DNA of 64,000 nucleotides from an uncultured Gammaproteobacteria bacterium (GTDB lineage: Bacteria; Patescibacteriota; Patescibacteriia; Magasanikbacterales; UBA922), in the NCBI GenBank assembly GCA_964519725.1, contig CAZFKS010000006.1, forward strand, positions 355 through 64,354. Direction: 5' to 3'. Under the pieces are notes generated by a model, which saw only the letters and a program-made list of their open reading frames with translations, did no database searches and was not told the origin of the DNA. Of the stretch, positions 27,863-38,748 are shown one piece after another. Positions within the stretch are counted from its first letter, which is position 1. Each line of letters begins with the position of its first letter. The position numbers and the translations under genes are program-made.

Positions 27863-28560
27863 AACTGTCAATTGTGATTCCCGTATACAATGAACTTCGG
27901 ACCATTAATAAAATTTTGGACGTCATTAATAGCGTTGAATTAAATGGAGTCGCTAAAGAAATTATCCTGGTTGATGATTGCTCTACTGACGGTACCAGAG
28001 AAATTTTGAAAAATTTGTCAGTCACCGACGGCTACCAAGTTTTTTTTCAAGAAAAAAATCAGGGCAAAGGCGCAGCTTTGCGCCGTGGTTTTAAGGAGGC
28101 AACTGGGGATTTTATTATTATTCAAGATGCGGATTTAGAATATGATCCGTATGAATATCCACAAATTTTAGCTCCGATGATTCAGGGTAAGGCCGATGTA
28201 GTTTATGGTTCACGCTTTATTGGGGATCGACCGCACCGAGTGTTATTTTTTTGGCACTCAGTGGGAAATAAAATATTGACCCTATTTTCCAACATGTTAA
28301 CTGACCTCAATTTAACTGACATGGAAACTTGCTACAAGGCCTTTACCAAAGAGGCAATGGCAAAAATATTACCAAAATTAGAATCCAACCGCTTTAATAT
28401 TGACCCAGAAATTACCGCGCGCATAGCCAAGGCGCGCCTCCGGATTTATGAAGTTGGAATTTCTTACCATGGTCGCACCTATGAAGAAGGTAAGAAAATT
28501 GGAATTAAGGATGGGTTTAGTGCTCTGTGGTCAATTATTAAATTCAATCTTTTTAGCTAA
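27859..28560 (+). CDS. GT2 polyprenyl-phosphate sugar synthase (DPM1/GtrB-like)
   Basis: [11 protein letters not shown]...[11 protein letters not shown]...[11 protein letters not shown]. Short and soluble, like Dpm1. Confidence 0.8.
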   Translation: MKLSIVIPVYNELRTINKILDVINSVELNGVAKEIILVDDCSTDGTREILKNLSVTDGYQVFFQEKNQGKGAALRRGFKEATGDFIIIQDADLEYDPYEYPQILAPMIQGKADVVYGSRFIGDRPHRVLFFWHSVGNKILTLFSNMLTDLNLTDMETCYKAFTKEAMAKILPKLESNRFNIDPEITARIAKARLRIYEVGISYHGRTYEEGKKIGIKDGFSALWSIIKFNLFS

Positions 28561-28563
28561 TGT

Positions 28564-29790
28564 ATGAGCGAAAAGCGGGTTTTAATAATTACCCCAAAAT
28601 TTCCTTATCCTAGTACTGGTGCTTGTGAATCAGACCGCGCCGCTGGCATAGAATGGTTTAAAAATCACGGTTATGAAGTCCATGTAATCACCAAAGTTTA
28701 CAATGAGGAAATTGCTGTGCAGTCTAAAAAAACCGGCCAAGAGCTTGGTGTTACTGTTTGGCCATTTGTTTATTTTGATAATACAAAAAGAACAGTATTG
28801 GCGCGAATATGGCATCGATTTAAACAATTTTTACAGCCTTGGTATTGGGATGGTGCGGCATATGAATATACTGATCCAGAGCTGAAAAATATTTTAGATA
28901 AAGAACTTAAGACATTTAAACCACAATTAGTTTGGTGTGAGTACACGTACTTGTGGCCACTCTTTAGTGTAATTAAAAAATATAATCTACCGATCATAAC
29001 CCGTTCGCATAATTTTGAACCGAATCACTATTTAGAAGAAGACGGATTAGGTTTGAAAACACCGTTAGTATATTTAGCTAAATTGCATAGTGAGTGGCGT
29101 ACCGCCCGTAAAAGTACGGTATTGGCTGCGATTACCCCATCTGAAACTAAAAAATATCAGTTCTTGGCTAGCGCAAAGACCAAAGTTTTTACCCTGCCTT
29201 TGCGTGGTTTAACTAAATTTACACAAATACAGCTTACAGAGAACCAGCCGTTGGCCGTATATTTCATGGGTTCGACTTATAATGTGACTCATAATTACGC
29301 AGCGGCTAGTTTTTTGGTCAATCAAGTAGTTCCGGCCGTCAGATCTAAATTACCAGGCGTGTTTTCTTTTTTTATTTTAGGTGGTAAGGTCCCTAAAGAT
29401 TTACTGGATAAGGCCTCATCTGACCTGTGTTTTCCTGGTTATATTCCTGCTTCTCAATTTGATAGTTTTTTGAAGACGATGAATATTTGCTTAGCGCCGT
29501 CACTGTATGGTGCTGGCATGCAACAAAAGGTTTTTGAGCCACTAATGCGCGGGTTTCCAACAATTACCTCAGCTCGGGCTCTGGTGGGTTATAAATTTCA
29601 AGATGGTCAGGAAGTACTTTTGGCCGAGTCTGTTCCAGAATTTGTCAATCGGTTAAGTGAATTACAAGACACACAAAAACGTGATCTGATCGGAAAACAG
29701 GCTGCAGTAAAGGCCGAGAGTTTGTTTAACCAAACTGAAATTGATAAAATAATTAATAACATTATTCAGTACGTAACCCTTAATAGGTAA
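28564..29790 (+). CDS. glycosyltransferase (GT4/GT1-like)
   Basis: RVLIITPKFPYPSTGACESDRAAG is an N-terminal GT-B motif. Confidence 0.6.
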   Translation: MSEKRVLIITPKFPYPSTGACESDRAAGIEWFKNHGYEVHVITKVYNEEIAVQSKKTGQELGVTVWPFVYFDNTKRTVLARIWHRFKQFLQPWYWDGAAYEYTDPELKNILDKELKTFKPQLVWCEYTYLWPLFSVIKKYNLPIITRSHNFEPNHYLEEDGLGLKTPLVYLAKLHSEWRTARKSTVLAAITPSETKKYQFLASAKTKVFTLPLRGLTKFTQIQLTENQPLAVYFMGSTYNVTHNYAAASFLVNQVVPAVRSKLPGVFSFFILGGKVPKDLLDKASSDLCFPGYIPASQFDSFLKTMNICLAPSLYGAGMQQKVFEPLMRGFPTITSARALVGYKFQDGQEVLLAESVPEFVNRLSELQDTQKRDLIGKQAAVKAESLFNQTEIDKIINNIIQYVTLNR

Positions 29791-29807
29791 ATTACACTTT
29801 TAATAAC

Positions 29808-31130
29808 ATGCGTACTGTACCGAAAATTTATTGGTTGGTTGGGCTCTCGGTTTTGGTGTCGCTATTGTATAGTTTTTGGTTCAAAATTACACCAGTCGTT
29901 GATGCGCAAGCGTATGATCAAATTGCAGTTAATTTGCTGGCGGGACATGGGTTTAGAGAAAATCCCACGCTAGATTTTAATTTTGATCACGCCATGTTAC
30001 GGGCTGGTCCAGGTTATGAATTCTTTCTCGCCTTTATTTACTGGATTTTTGGGCACACTTACGCTGTGGTTTGGTTTATTCAAGCTCTACTGCACGGAGC
30101 CACGGTTTGGTTGGTGTATAGAGCGGCTAAGCAAATATGGCCAGAGGAAACTAGCGAAGTCCAAGAGTGGATAGCACTCTCAGCCGCGGGAATGATTGCT
30201 TTTCACCCTGATTTGATTGAGATTTCAGCCATGCTCATGACTGAAACACTGTATGTGTTTATAGTCAGTGTTTTAGTCTATCTATTCGTTACTTTGCAAA
30301 GGAAAATCACTTGGTTAAAAGTTGGCTGGCTTGGTCTTTGGCTTGGACTTGGAATTTTAGTTAGACCAACTTTGCTTTTATTTGCCCCGGTAGTTTTGGT
30401 TTTGTTTTTGTTTCAGAAAAAATGGCTTGAAAGCGCAGTGTTTGTAGCAATGGTTGGCTTGGTTTTAGCACCGTGGGTAATCCGAAATTACTCGCTGTAT
30501 CATCAATTTATTTTAACCACGTTAATTGGTGATTTTAATATTTGGATTGGTAATACTCTCAGCGCGGATGGTGGGCAAATTGCTGGCGGTTTTAATCCCG
30601 TGACCACGTACGTAGATCAGAATGGTCTAACTGGCCTTGGCAATGAAGCCAAAAAAATGTTCAGGGAATTTATCTTTACTTATCCGCAAGAGTTTATAAA
30701 ATTAACAGCGATTCGGACGGTTCGATATTTTAGTTTAATTAGACCCATGGGTTTTTGGTTTTATGATCATGGTCTTTCACAAATAATCTTTGTGATTGCT
30801 TCCGGTCTAAGTATTGCTGGTTTATTTGTGAGCGGTTTAGCCGGTATAATCTTAGCTTGGTGGCGTCGTGAGCAAAAATGGTACCTGCTCGCCCTGACTG
30901 TAACCGCGCCAATTCCACTCCTGGTAACCGTGGTTCAATCAAGGTATCGGTTTCAGATTTATCCGTTTCTGGCACTATTTGGGGCATATGCAGTGGTGAA
31001 ATTATGGAAAAAAGCCTCAGTCGCAAAAATGGCTTGGGTTATGGCCGCAATTATTCTAGGGGTATTTACTTTAATTGATATAATGTTGTCATGGTCACTA
31101 GTGGCTGCCCGGTTAACTGATTTAATTTAA
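29808..31130 (+). CDS. GT-C membrane glycosyltransferase (ArnT/PMT_2, GT39/83-like)
   Basis: Polytopic. First-loop motif VVDAQAYDQIAVNLLAGHGF resembles the ArnT/PMT D-E/D loop. Confidence 0.5.
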   Translation: MRTVPKIYWLVGLSVLVSLLYSFWFKITPVVDAQAYDQIAVNLLAGHGFRENPTLDFNFDHAMLRAGPGYEFFLAFIYWIFGHTYAVVWFIQALLHGATVWLVYRAAKQIWPEETSEVQEWIALSAAGMIAFHPDLIEISAMLMTETLYVFIVSVLVYLFVTLQRKITWLKVGWLGLWLGLGILVRPTLLLFAPVVLVLFLFQKKWLESAVFVAMVGLVLAPWVIRNYSLYHQFILTTLIGDFNIWIGNTLSADGGQIAGGFNPVTTYVDQNGLTGLGNEAKKMFREFIFTYPQEFIKLTAIRTVRYFSLIRPMGFWFYDHGLSQIIFVIASGLSIAGLFVSGLAGIILAWWRREQKWYLLALTVTAPIPLLVTVVQSRYRFQIYPFLALFGAYAVVKLWKKASVAKMAWVMAAIILGVFTLIDIMLSWSLVAARLTDLI

Positions 31131-31132
31131 TT

Positions 31133-32581
31133 ATGACTGAAGCTTGGTTAGGGTGGTTTAAAAAACAGTGGTGTTTTGGTCTACTTTTTGCGGTGGTAAT
31201 TTTTTGTACGACTACTTGGCAGTTAGGAGCTAGTCCAGCCACTTGGTTTGATGAGGGAATTAATATTGGTATTGCTAATAGCCTCGTTGAACGCGGAATT
31301 TACAGCCTGGCTGTGAGTCCAGAAGAAGTGGTTAGCGCGACTGAACGTCCATTTCTCATCACTTCTAATTATCCAATCTTGGTGCCAGTAGCCGCCGCGT
31401 TAATATTATTTAACAGTGATAGTTTAATAGTGGTCAGGTTGCCAATGGTGCTGTATTTGTGGGCGTTTTTTGGTCTAGTTTTTTTATTAATAAAACGCTT
31501 CCACCCAAATTCTTGGGCCCCTTGGTTAGGAATTGGCCTGTTAGTTACTTTTGCCCCGCTGTATGGCAATGGAAAAGCCGTTCTGGGTGAAGTTCCAGGT
31601 TTGGTTTGGTTATTAGCTGGTCTCTTGGTATTACCCGCAAAAATTAATTGGCGTTTAGTGTTAGCAGGTTTTTGCTTTGGTTTGGCCATTGCCTGTAAAC
31701 CATATTTTTTAATTATTGCGCCAGCGGTTTTGGTGGGGGAATGGTATGCCTTTAGAACGGATAAGAAAATTTTTTTTACTCGCCTAGGATATTTGTTTAT
31801 TGGAGGAATTGGACCAATTATGGTCTGGCTCTTCACCATTTTAATTCCATTTTCTCTTGATTCAATCCAGAGAACAATTGGTTATTATAGTAATTCTTAC
31901 GCGGCTAGTAATTTTACGACGGTGGTTACTAGTAATGTGTGGCGCTTTTTTAGTGAAAGCACACCGATCCATTTGTTAGGACTGGTGTTGGTACTTGGTT
32001 TTTGGTTGAAAGATCGTTTTAAAAATAAAACTTTAACTGAGCTAGAAATAATTTTAGCAATGTTTGTTGGGATAACCATGCTCTGGTACTTGAAAACACC
32101 AGGTTGGTACCGATATTTTTTTACTGCTCACGTAGTGCTTTTGGCATTTTTACCAGTTAGTTTACTGTGGTTCAAGAAACAAAAAATTGCCATTGCCCTT
32201 ATGTTGGGCTTAATTAGTATCCAAGGGGTGCATCTTTTAACCAGAACTAATGACGCCCTCTATTACTCAACGGAAGCAACTGATTTTTCCAAAGAAGTAC
32301 TGAGCGCAGTGACAGCGGAAGAGAAAATATTAGTGATTAATAGTCCGAGTGTTGCTTTTTTACTCAGTGACCACGCTGAAACTTACCAATTTTTACAAAT
32401 CAATCCTAGTCTCCACTTTGGCCAGGCTGACCTTAAAATTAAGGCCTCAACCTGGTATCCTTATGTAATCACGAGCGGTTCACTGGAGGGGATCGATATT
32501 GAAAGTGCTGACGCTGTGTTAAAATCAGAGTACCAATCAATTAAACAGGTTGGCCATTATCAGCTTTGGAAAAAGCAATGA
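31133..32581 (+). CDS. GT-C membrane glycosyltransferase (ArnT/PMT_2-like)
   Basis: Polytopic. TWFDEGINIGIANSLVERGIY resembles the ArnT WxDE loop. Confidence 0.5.
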   Translation: MTEAWLGWFKKQWCFGLLFAVVIFCTTTWQLGASPATWFDEGINIGIANSLVERGIYSLAVSPEEVVSATERPFLITSNYPILVPVAAALILFNSDSLIVVRLPMVLYLWAFFGLVFLLIKRFHPNSWAPWLGIGLLVTFAPLYGNGKAVLGEVPGLVWLLAGLLVLPAKINWRLVLAGFCFGLAIACKPYFLIIAPAVLVGEWYAFRTDKKIFFTRLGYLFIGGIGPIMVWLFTILIPFSLDSIQRTIGYYSNSYAASNFTTVVTSNVWRFFSESTPIHLLGLVLVLGFWLKDRFKNKTLTELEIILAMFVGITMLWYLKTPGWYRYFFTAHVVLLAFLPVSLLWFKKQKIAIALMLGLISIQGVHLLTRTNDALYYSTEATDFSKEVLSAVTAEEKILVINSPSVAFLLSDHAETYQFLQINPSLHFGQADLKIKASTWYPYVITSGSLEGIDIESADAVLKSEYQSIKQVGHYQLWKKQ

Positions 32582-32582
32582 T

Positions 32583-33314
32583 ATGAATCAAACCATTTCA
32601 TACTCTCTAATAATTCCGATCTATAATGGCGCGACTTTTTTTGCATCAAAAATTAGTGATTTACGTGACTGGCTCGCAGCTGAACCGAATCGAGAAATAA
32701 TTATCGTTAATGATGGTAGCGTTGATGGAACTGAAGAAATCTTAGCCGGACTAAAAACAGAGACTGGTTTTACAATTATCAATCACTCTTTAAATCAAGG
32801 AAAAGGCGCGGCCTTGCGCTCAGGTTTGGTAGTAGCCCGTGGGCAGGTGGTGGGATTTACTGATGCTGATTTACCATATGGTCTAAATATTCTAACAACC
32901 ATGGGGCAAAAATTAGTTGCCAAACCAAATCTGGCCATGGTCTACGGCTCACGGGGCCATGAACAGTCAGGTGATCTGAAGAATTACGGTTGGCTGCGAA
33001 GAGTCGGACGTAAATTTTTTTCGATTCTCATCAAAAAAATCGCGGTGAGCAGTGTGACTGACTCTCAGTGTGGCGTTAAAGTGTTTACTGATTATTTTGT
33101 TAAAGACCTTGTGAAATATGGTCAGATCAACCGTTTTGCCTTTGACATTGAATTATTTGTGATTGCTAAAGCCAAGGGTTATTTTTACGAGGATTTTCCA
33201 GTTGTCCTGGGGGCGCAAAAAGAGAGTAGTGTGCGATTAGTGGTTGATACTCTGCGAATGTTAAAAGATTTAATAGTTATTAAAGCCAGACTAAGAAAAG
33301 GCGAATATACCTAG
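32583..33314 (+). CDS. GT2 glycosyltransferase (polyprenyl-phosphate sugar synthase-like)
   Basis: The ATG at 32583 gives YSLIIPIYNG...IIIVNDGSVDGT...FTDADLPYG. Confidence 0.75.
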   Translation: MNQTISYSLIIPIYNGATFFASKISDLRDWLAAEPNREIIIVNDGSVDGTEEILAGLKTETGFTIINHSLNQGKGAALRSGLVVARGQVVGFTDADLPYGLNILTTMGQKLVAKPNLAMVYGSRGHEQSGDLKNYGWLRRVGRKFFSILIKKIAVSSVTDSQCGVKVFTDYFVKDLVKYGQINRFAFDIELFVIAKAKGYFYEDFPVVLGAQKESSVRLVVDTLRMLKDLIVIKARLRKGEYT

Positions 33315-33315
33315 T

Positions 33316-35154
33316 ATGTGTGGAATTAATGGTTTTAATTTTTCTGACCAAAACCTAATTCAAAAAATGAATCAGGCTAGTAAGCACCGCGGTCCTGACG
33401 AGACTAATTTTTTGGTAGATGACGGTGTGTCATTGGGTCATAATCGGCTAGCGATTATTGATTTATCACCTAATGGTTGCCAGCCAATGTGGGATGCTGA
33501 TCATACAGTAGTAATTGTGTTTAATGGTGAAATTTATAATTACCAAGAATTAAAAAATGAACTGAAAGAGTATAAATTTAATTCCAAAAGTGATACGGAA
33601 GTGATTTTAAACGCTTATAAAAAGTTTGGAGTTGACTGTGTAAAAAAGTTTAATGGTATTTTTGCGTTTGCGATTTGGGATACCAAAACCAAAACATTAT
33701 TTTTAGCCCGTGATCAGGGTGGGGTTAAGCCGCTGTATTATTTTTATGACCAGGGGAAATTAATTTTTTCCTCAGAAATTAAAAGTATTTTAGAACACCC
33801 AATTAAAAGAGAAGTTAATACTGAGGCCTATAATTTATTTTTTCAGCTTTTGTACGTACCAGAACCACTAACGATGTTTGCGAATGTTCGTAAATTATTA
33901 GCTGGCCATTACGCAGTTGTGAAAAATGGGGAAATGAAAATAGTGAATTACTGGCCGCAAAAAAATAATCTAAGTAAACGTAATTATTCGGAAACCGTGG
34001 GTGAAATTAGGGATGTATTCCGTGACAGTGTTAAGCATCAATTAATCTCTGACCGTCCGGTTGGAATTTTCTTGAGTGGTGGTTTAGATTCCACGGCTGT
34101 CTTGGGTGCAGCAGCAGAGTTTCATCAGGGACCAATAAAAACGTTTACTGTGGGGTTTGCTGACAGCCAGGACCCAAAGAAATTTAATGCTGACCTTGAC
34201 TTAGCTAGAAAAACCGCGGCGTTTTATCACACTGATCACCATGAATTAATTTTAACACCGCGGGCGGTTTTGGATTCTCTAGAAGAGTTAGTGTGGCATT
34301 TAGATGAACCAAATTTTAATGCTACAGCTGGAGCAATTTTTGCCTTAGCCGCAAAAGCCAAAGAATCAGTAGCTGTGGTACTTGGTGGGGATGGGGCTGA
34401 TGAATTATTTGGTGGTTACCCTCGCTACTATTACAGCCGACTTATTAGTTTGTACCAAAAGACTGGTTGGCTGGGGCAAACCTTTGCCAAGACTGGTCAA
34501 GCACTGGGTTTTGGGTTAGCCCACAAACTAAATTTACCACCGACTGAAGCAAGGGTGCTAGCTTTTTTAGCCCAAAAACAGGAACTATTAAGTACTTTGC
34601 TGGGTCCGCAATATGAACCAGCGGCAGCCACTAATTTTTTGCACACTCAGTACTTTTTACAACCGCCGACCACTGAATTTGAAAATTATTTCATGCAGAT
34701 TGATCGTGAGGGTTGGTTAAGAGATGAGTCGCTTATGCGCACTGATAAAATGACTATGGCTCATGGTCTAGAAGCGCGGGTGCCGATTTTAGATCATCGT
34801 CTTGTTTCACTAAGTGAGCAAATTCCGGTTAATTGGAAATTTAGTATCTGGCAAAATCCGCATACTTTTCAAGGTAAAAATATTTGGAAAGAGGCAATCA
34901 AAGGCTATTTACCGGACCATGTTCTTAATCAAGAAAAACGTGGTTGGTTTACACCAATGGCTAAATGGGTGCGTAGTGATTTAAAAGAGTCAGTGGCGGA
35001 AATTTTGGCTGATGCCAAGCAAAATACGGCTTATTTTAGTGCGACTGGAATTGACCAAATTTGGAATGATCACTTAAGTGGGCGACAGTATAATTTAAAT
35101 AGTATCTGGGCTACAGTCATGTGGCAACTGTGGTATAATCGCTTCATTAAATAG
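33316..35154 (+). CDS. asnB: asparagine synthase (glutamine-hydrolysing) family amidotransferase
   Basis: N-terminal MCGI nucleophile and PP-loop SGGLDSTAV. Confidence 0.85.
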   Translation: MCGINGFNFSDQNLIQKMNQASKHRGPDETNFLVDDGVSLGHNRLAIIDLSPNGCQPMWDADHTVVIVFNGEIYNYQELKNELKEYKFNSKSDTEVILNAYKKFGVDCVKKFNGIFAFAIWDTKTKTLFLARDQGGVKPLYYFYDQGKLIFSSEIKSILEHPIKREVNTEAYNLFFQLLYVPEPLTMFANVRKLLAGHYAVVKNGEMKIVNYWPQKNNLSKRNYSETVGEIRDVFRDSVKHQLISDRPVGIFLSGGLDSTAVLGAAAEFHQGPIKTFTVGFADSQDPKKFNADLDLARKTAAFYHTDHHELILTPRAVLDSLEELVWHLDEPNFNATAGAIFALAAKAKESVAVVLGGDGADELFGGYPRYYYSRLISLYQKTGWLGQTFAKTGQALGFGLAHKLNLPPTEARVLAFLAQKQELLSTLLGPQYEPAAATNFLHTQYFLQPPTTEFENYFMQIDREGWLRDESLMRTDKMTMAHGLEARVPILDHRLVSLSEQIPVNWKFSIWQNPHTFQGKNIWKEAIKGYLPDHVLNQEKRGWFTPMAKWVRSDLKESVAEILADAKQNTAYFSATGIDQIWNDHLSGRQYNLNSIWATVMWQLWYNRFIK

Positions 35155-35158
35155 TCAT

Positions 35159-35800
35159 ATGAAATTATTTCAAGAGCTGCTCCGTGGGAAAGATATTTAT
35201 CGTATTTGCCAAAATACTTTGTGCGAAAATTACACCCTAAATGGTTTGACTGTAGATGTGGGCAGTGGTGAGACTTTGGCTAGTTACCACCGATTTTTCC
35301 AAAAAAATCAGGTCCAAGTGGAGTGTTTAGACCTATCAAAACCAAAAAATGGTCAACAAATTAATCTAGAAAGTGATTCTTTGCCATATTTGACCGGCTC
35401 AGTGGATACAGTCTTAGCAATGAACGTTTTAGAACACATTTTTAAGTATGAGTGGTTGGTTTCTGAACTGTACCGAATTACCAAGGCAGAGGGACAAGTG
35501 TTCGCAGCCGTGCCATTTTTGGTGGCTTATCACCCTGACCCGCATGATTACTGGCGTTTTACCGAGGAGACGTTGGGGTTAGTGTTTAAAAAAGCTGGTT
35601 TTAGAGAAGTGGAAATTAAACCGTTTGGCAGAGGCGTGGCTGTAGCGGCGTATTCACAATTAGAAATCATTTTGCCACGAATTGTAAAAATGCTTTTACT
35701 GCCACTAGTTTTAGGTTTTGATGCTTTAATTAGTAAATTATTTAAACGCTCACAAGTGAAGCATTATCCCTTAGGATATTTTGTGGTGGCAAAAAAATAA
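35159..35800 (+). CDS. class I SAM-dependent methyltransferase
   Basis: LDVGSGETLASY...AMNVLEHIFKYEW (Methyltransf_11-like). Confidence 0.7.
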   Translation: MKLFQELLRGKDIYRICQNTLCENYTLNGLTVDVGSGETLASYHRFFQKNQVQVECLDLSKPKNGQQINLESDSLPYLTGSVDTVLAMNVLEHIFKYEWLVSELYRITKAEGQVFAAVPFLVAYHPDPHDYWRFTEETLGLVFKKAGFREVEIKPFGRGVAVAAYSQLEIILPRIVKMLLLPLVLGFDALISKLFKRSQVKHYPLGYFVVAKK

Positions 35801-35810
35801 GAGCGCAGGT

Positions 35811-37295
35811 ATGTGGCTAAAAATAATTTCACAGCTTACGGGTCAACCATATAACCCGCTTTGGTCGGAAAAGTTGCCGTATATTTTACAGGGCTTAGGC
35901 GCCGTGGTTTTGTTGTGGTTGAGTTTACTATTCGCGAATATTTATTTTTTAAAAAAAGATCTGGAGCTTAAAAAAATAGGTTGGTGGTTATTACTAAGTT
36001 TTAGTTTAGTGGCCAGTGCCAAATATGCAATCTATCATTTTACTAAAGGCTATATTCCAGACCGGTGGATTATGTACGCTTTGCCATCACCGCGGGTTGG
36101 TCAGATTGGATTTTTGGTATTAGCCATTGGCTTGGCCGGGACTTATGTGTATTTTAGAGAAAAAATAGTGGCTTCCAAACAATCGACTTTCATTTTGATT
36201 TCAATCTTATTTTTAACTAGTTTTAGTTTAGCTGTAGCTGGGATTAGAGAGGGGGCTAAAAGCATTATCGATCCTTTAACACGTAGTTATTGGGAATATA
36301 CTGGTACACTCCCGATTGTGACAGAGATGGGTACTAAAAGTTTTTTACAACACTACAATACTTTATTACCAACTTTGCCGGTTCACACTCAGACTCATCC
36401 GCCAGGGTATGTGCTATTTTTGTACGCTGTGCAAAATTGGTTTAAGGCCAATTATATGGGTTTAGCTGTGGCTATTGCTGTGGCTGGTTCTTTGAGTGTC
36501 ATTCCGCTTTTATTATGGTGGGAAAAATTATATTCCCCAAAAGTGGCCCGCGAATTAATCACTTTTTTTATCTTCACGCCAAGTGTTGTTATTTTTTCCA
36601 GCACCTCCATGGAGTTTGTTTTTCTGGCATTGATGAGTTTGACGGTGTACGCAGTGCACCGCGGTTGGAAGGCAAGTAGTGCTTGGTCGGTCGTTGCGGG
36701 TGGAGTTATGGCCACGGCTTTTTTATCTAACTTTTTGTTTTTATTAACTGGCCCAATTTGGCTGGCTTTTTTGGTTTATGAAATTAAACAAAAAACTAAT
36801 CACCAAGAAAAAATAATAGTAGTGGCGAGAGCGCTTATTAGTGGTTTAACTTTGGCGGGTTGTTTAGGTGCGCTCTACTTAGCAACTGGTTATTCTATAG
36901 TCGCTAATTTTTTTGCCGCTCGCGCCCTAAACCAAGCGTTAGTTTCTAGTAATTTTGCTTCGGTTGGCACGTATTTAAACTATTTGACCATGAATAGCGT
37001 GGCTTTTCTCCTGTACCTAGGTTTACCAGCTTTGTACATTTTTGGTAAAAAAATTAACCAATTTTCCAAACAAAATTTTTGGAATTGGTTGGGAATTGGC
37101 ACGGTTTTTCTGTTTTTATTAATTGGTATTTTCCAAGGTGAAAATGAACGGATTTGGTTATTTGTGGTGCCGTTTTTTATGACGTACTACACGTGGTTCC
37201 TAGCCGAGGCAAATCCTAAGCAAATTAATGTGGTGTTACTAATGCAAGCCTGGCAAATAATTATGGTGCAAATTCTTTTTTACACCTACTGGTAG
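35811..37295 (+). CDS. polytopic membrane protein, possible GT-C glycosyltransferase (HPPG loop)
   Basis: At least 10 hydrophobic segments. The loop ...LPVHTQTHPPGYVLFLYAV resembles the PMT/ArnT HPPL motif. The track start 35781 overlaps the previous gene. Confidence 0.4.
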   Translation: MWLKIISQLTGQPYNPLWSEKLPYILQGLGAVVLLWLSLLFANIYFLKKDLELKKIGWWLLLSFSLVASAKYAIYHFTKGYIPDRWIMYALPSPRVGQIGFLVLAIGLAGTYVYFREKIVASKQSTFILISILFLTSFSLAVAGIREGAKSIIDPLTRSYWEYTGTLPIVTEMGTKSFLQHYNTLLPTLPVHTQTHPPGYVLFLYAVQNWFKANYMGLAVAIAVAGSLSVIPLLLWWEKLYSPKVARELITFFIFTPSVVIFSSTSMEFVFLALMSLTVYAVHRGWKASSAWSVVAGGVMATAFLSNFLFLLTGPIWLAFLVYEIKQKTNHQEKIIVVARALISGLTLAGCLGALYLATGYSIVANFFAARALNQALVSSNFASVGTYLNYLTMNSVAFLLYLGLPALYIFGKKINQFSKQNFWNWLGIGTVFLFLLIGIFQGENERIWLFVVPFFMTYYTWFLAEANPKQINVVLLMQAWQIIMVQILFYTYW

Positions 37296-37296
37296 T

Positions 37297-38019
37297 ATGC
37301 GTCTTTCTGTAGTAATTCCAGCGTATAATGAAGAACAGGCAATTGGCGCGGCCATTACTGCGGTCTTTGATTTTTTGACTAATAATAATTTTGGCGAACC
37401 AGAAGTAATTGTGGTTGATGATGGGTCAAGCGATCAAACTGGAGCAGTAGTAGCGGACTATCAAAAAAAATACTCGGCTCTTAAATATGTGAAAAATACT
37501 CCCAATCGGGGCAAGGGTTTTTCGGTAAAACAGGGTGTGCTCGCTGCGACCGGGGATTACATTCTATTTTTAGACGCTGATTTATCTACCCCAATTACTG
37601 AATTAAAAAAAGTTTGGCCTTTTGCTCAGGAAAAAACAATTGTAGTTGGGTCGCGAGCCTTGCCAGAATCAGTGATTGTTAAACATCAGGCTAAACTTAA
37701 AGAGTTGGTGGCCCGTTTGGGAAATTTACTGATTCAACTGTGTTTGGGGTTGCGGATTAGTGACACTCAGTGTGGTTTTAAATTGTTTCCGGCTAGTATT
37801 AAGTCAGTTTTTACCGTGGCAACGATTGAACGCTGGGGCTTTGATATGGAGATTTTATTTTTAGCCAAACATCAGGGGTTTACCATTAAAGAAGTGCCCA
37901 TTACCTGGACTAATGATCCGAGTAGTTTGGTTCGAGGTAAGGATTATTTGGTGGTACTCGCGGATATTGGGCGCATATTGACACGGTGGTTTTTGGGCCG
38001 ATATACTGCTGGACGCTAA
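37297..38019 (+). CDS. GT2 polyprenyl-phosphate sugar synthase (Dpm1/dolichyl-P-glucose-synthase-like)
   Basis: RLSVVIPAYNEE...VIVVDDGSSDQT...LFLDADLSTP. Confidence 0.8.
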   Translation: MRLSVVIPAYNEEQAIGAAITAVFDFLTNNNFGEPEVIVVDDGSSDQTGAVVADYQKKYSALKYVKNTPNRGKGFSVKQGVLAATGDYILFLDADLSTPITELKKVWPFAQEKTIVVGSRALPESVIVKHQAKLKELVARLGNLLIQLCLGLRISDTQCGFKLFPASIKSVFTVATIERWGFDMEILFLAKHQGFTIKEVPITWTNDPSSLVRGKDYLVVLADIGRILTRWFLGRYTAGR

Positions 38020-38021
38020 CT

Positions 38022-38747
38022 ATGGAGAAAATTTCCTACTACATTATTAATGAAGTTGAGGCCAAACACTGGTGGTTTAGGGTCAGACGCGAGCTCCTAC
38101 AGGCCGTATTTAATGAATATTTGCCGGCCGGGTCACAGCGCCGAATTTTAGATATTGGGTGTGGTACTGGTTTAAGTTCTAAATTACTTGAGCAATTTGG
38201 GACAGTTTTTTCAGTTGATCCGTCCTTGGATGCGCTGCGATTTTGCCGTGAAAATGGGCTTAAAAATGTATTTGAAGGAGTGGCTGACAAACTCCCTTTT
38301 CCTGATAATTATTTTGACGCGGCCATTGCTCTTGATGTACTAGAACATATTGAAGACGCTGGCAAAGCCGTGGCGGAAATTAGACGCGTTTTAAAACCAG
38401 GCGGAATTTTTGTTAGTTATGTGCCGGCATTTATGTTTTTATGGGGACATAATGATGTGGTTAGAATGCACCACCGCCGTTATACGAAAAAAACTTTTTT
38501 ACCATTATTTAAAAAAGATTGGTGGGTACAGAAAAAATTGTCCTACTTTAATTTAATTTTATTAGGACCAATTTGGCTAGGGCGAAAACTAAGAGAACTA
38601 ATTTACACGGTTCCGCCTGATGAACTAGAACAGGTGGGTTGGGCTGATCGATTTTTGTACTGGATTTTTAAGTCTGAATTGTGGTTTTTAAAGCGCTGGA
38701 ATTTACCGTTTGGAGTTTCCTTATTAAGTGTCATGGCTAAAAAATAA
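38022..38747 (+). CDS. class I SAM-dependent methyltransferase
   Basis: ILDIGCGTGLSSKLL...LDVLEHIED...VLKPGGIF. Confidence 0.75.
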   Translation: MEKISYYIINEVEAKHWWFRVRRELLQAVFNEYLPAGSQRRILDIGCGTGLSSKLLEQFGTVFSVDPSLDALRFCRENGLKNVFEGVADKLPFPDNYFDAAIALDVLEHIEDAGKAVAEIRRVLKPGGIFVSYVPAFMFLWGHNDVVRMHHRRYTKKTFLPLFKKDWWVQKKLSYFNLILLGPIWLGRKLRELIYTVPPDELEQVGWADRFLYWIFKSELWFLKRWNLPFGVSLLSVMAKK

Positions 38748-38748
38748 T

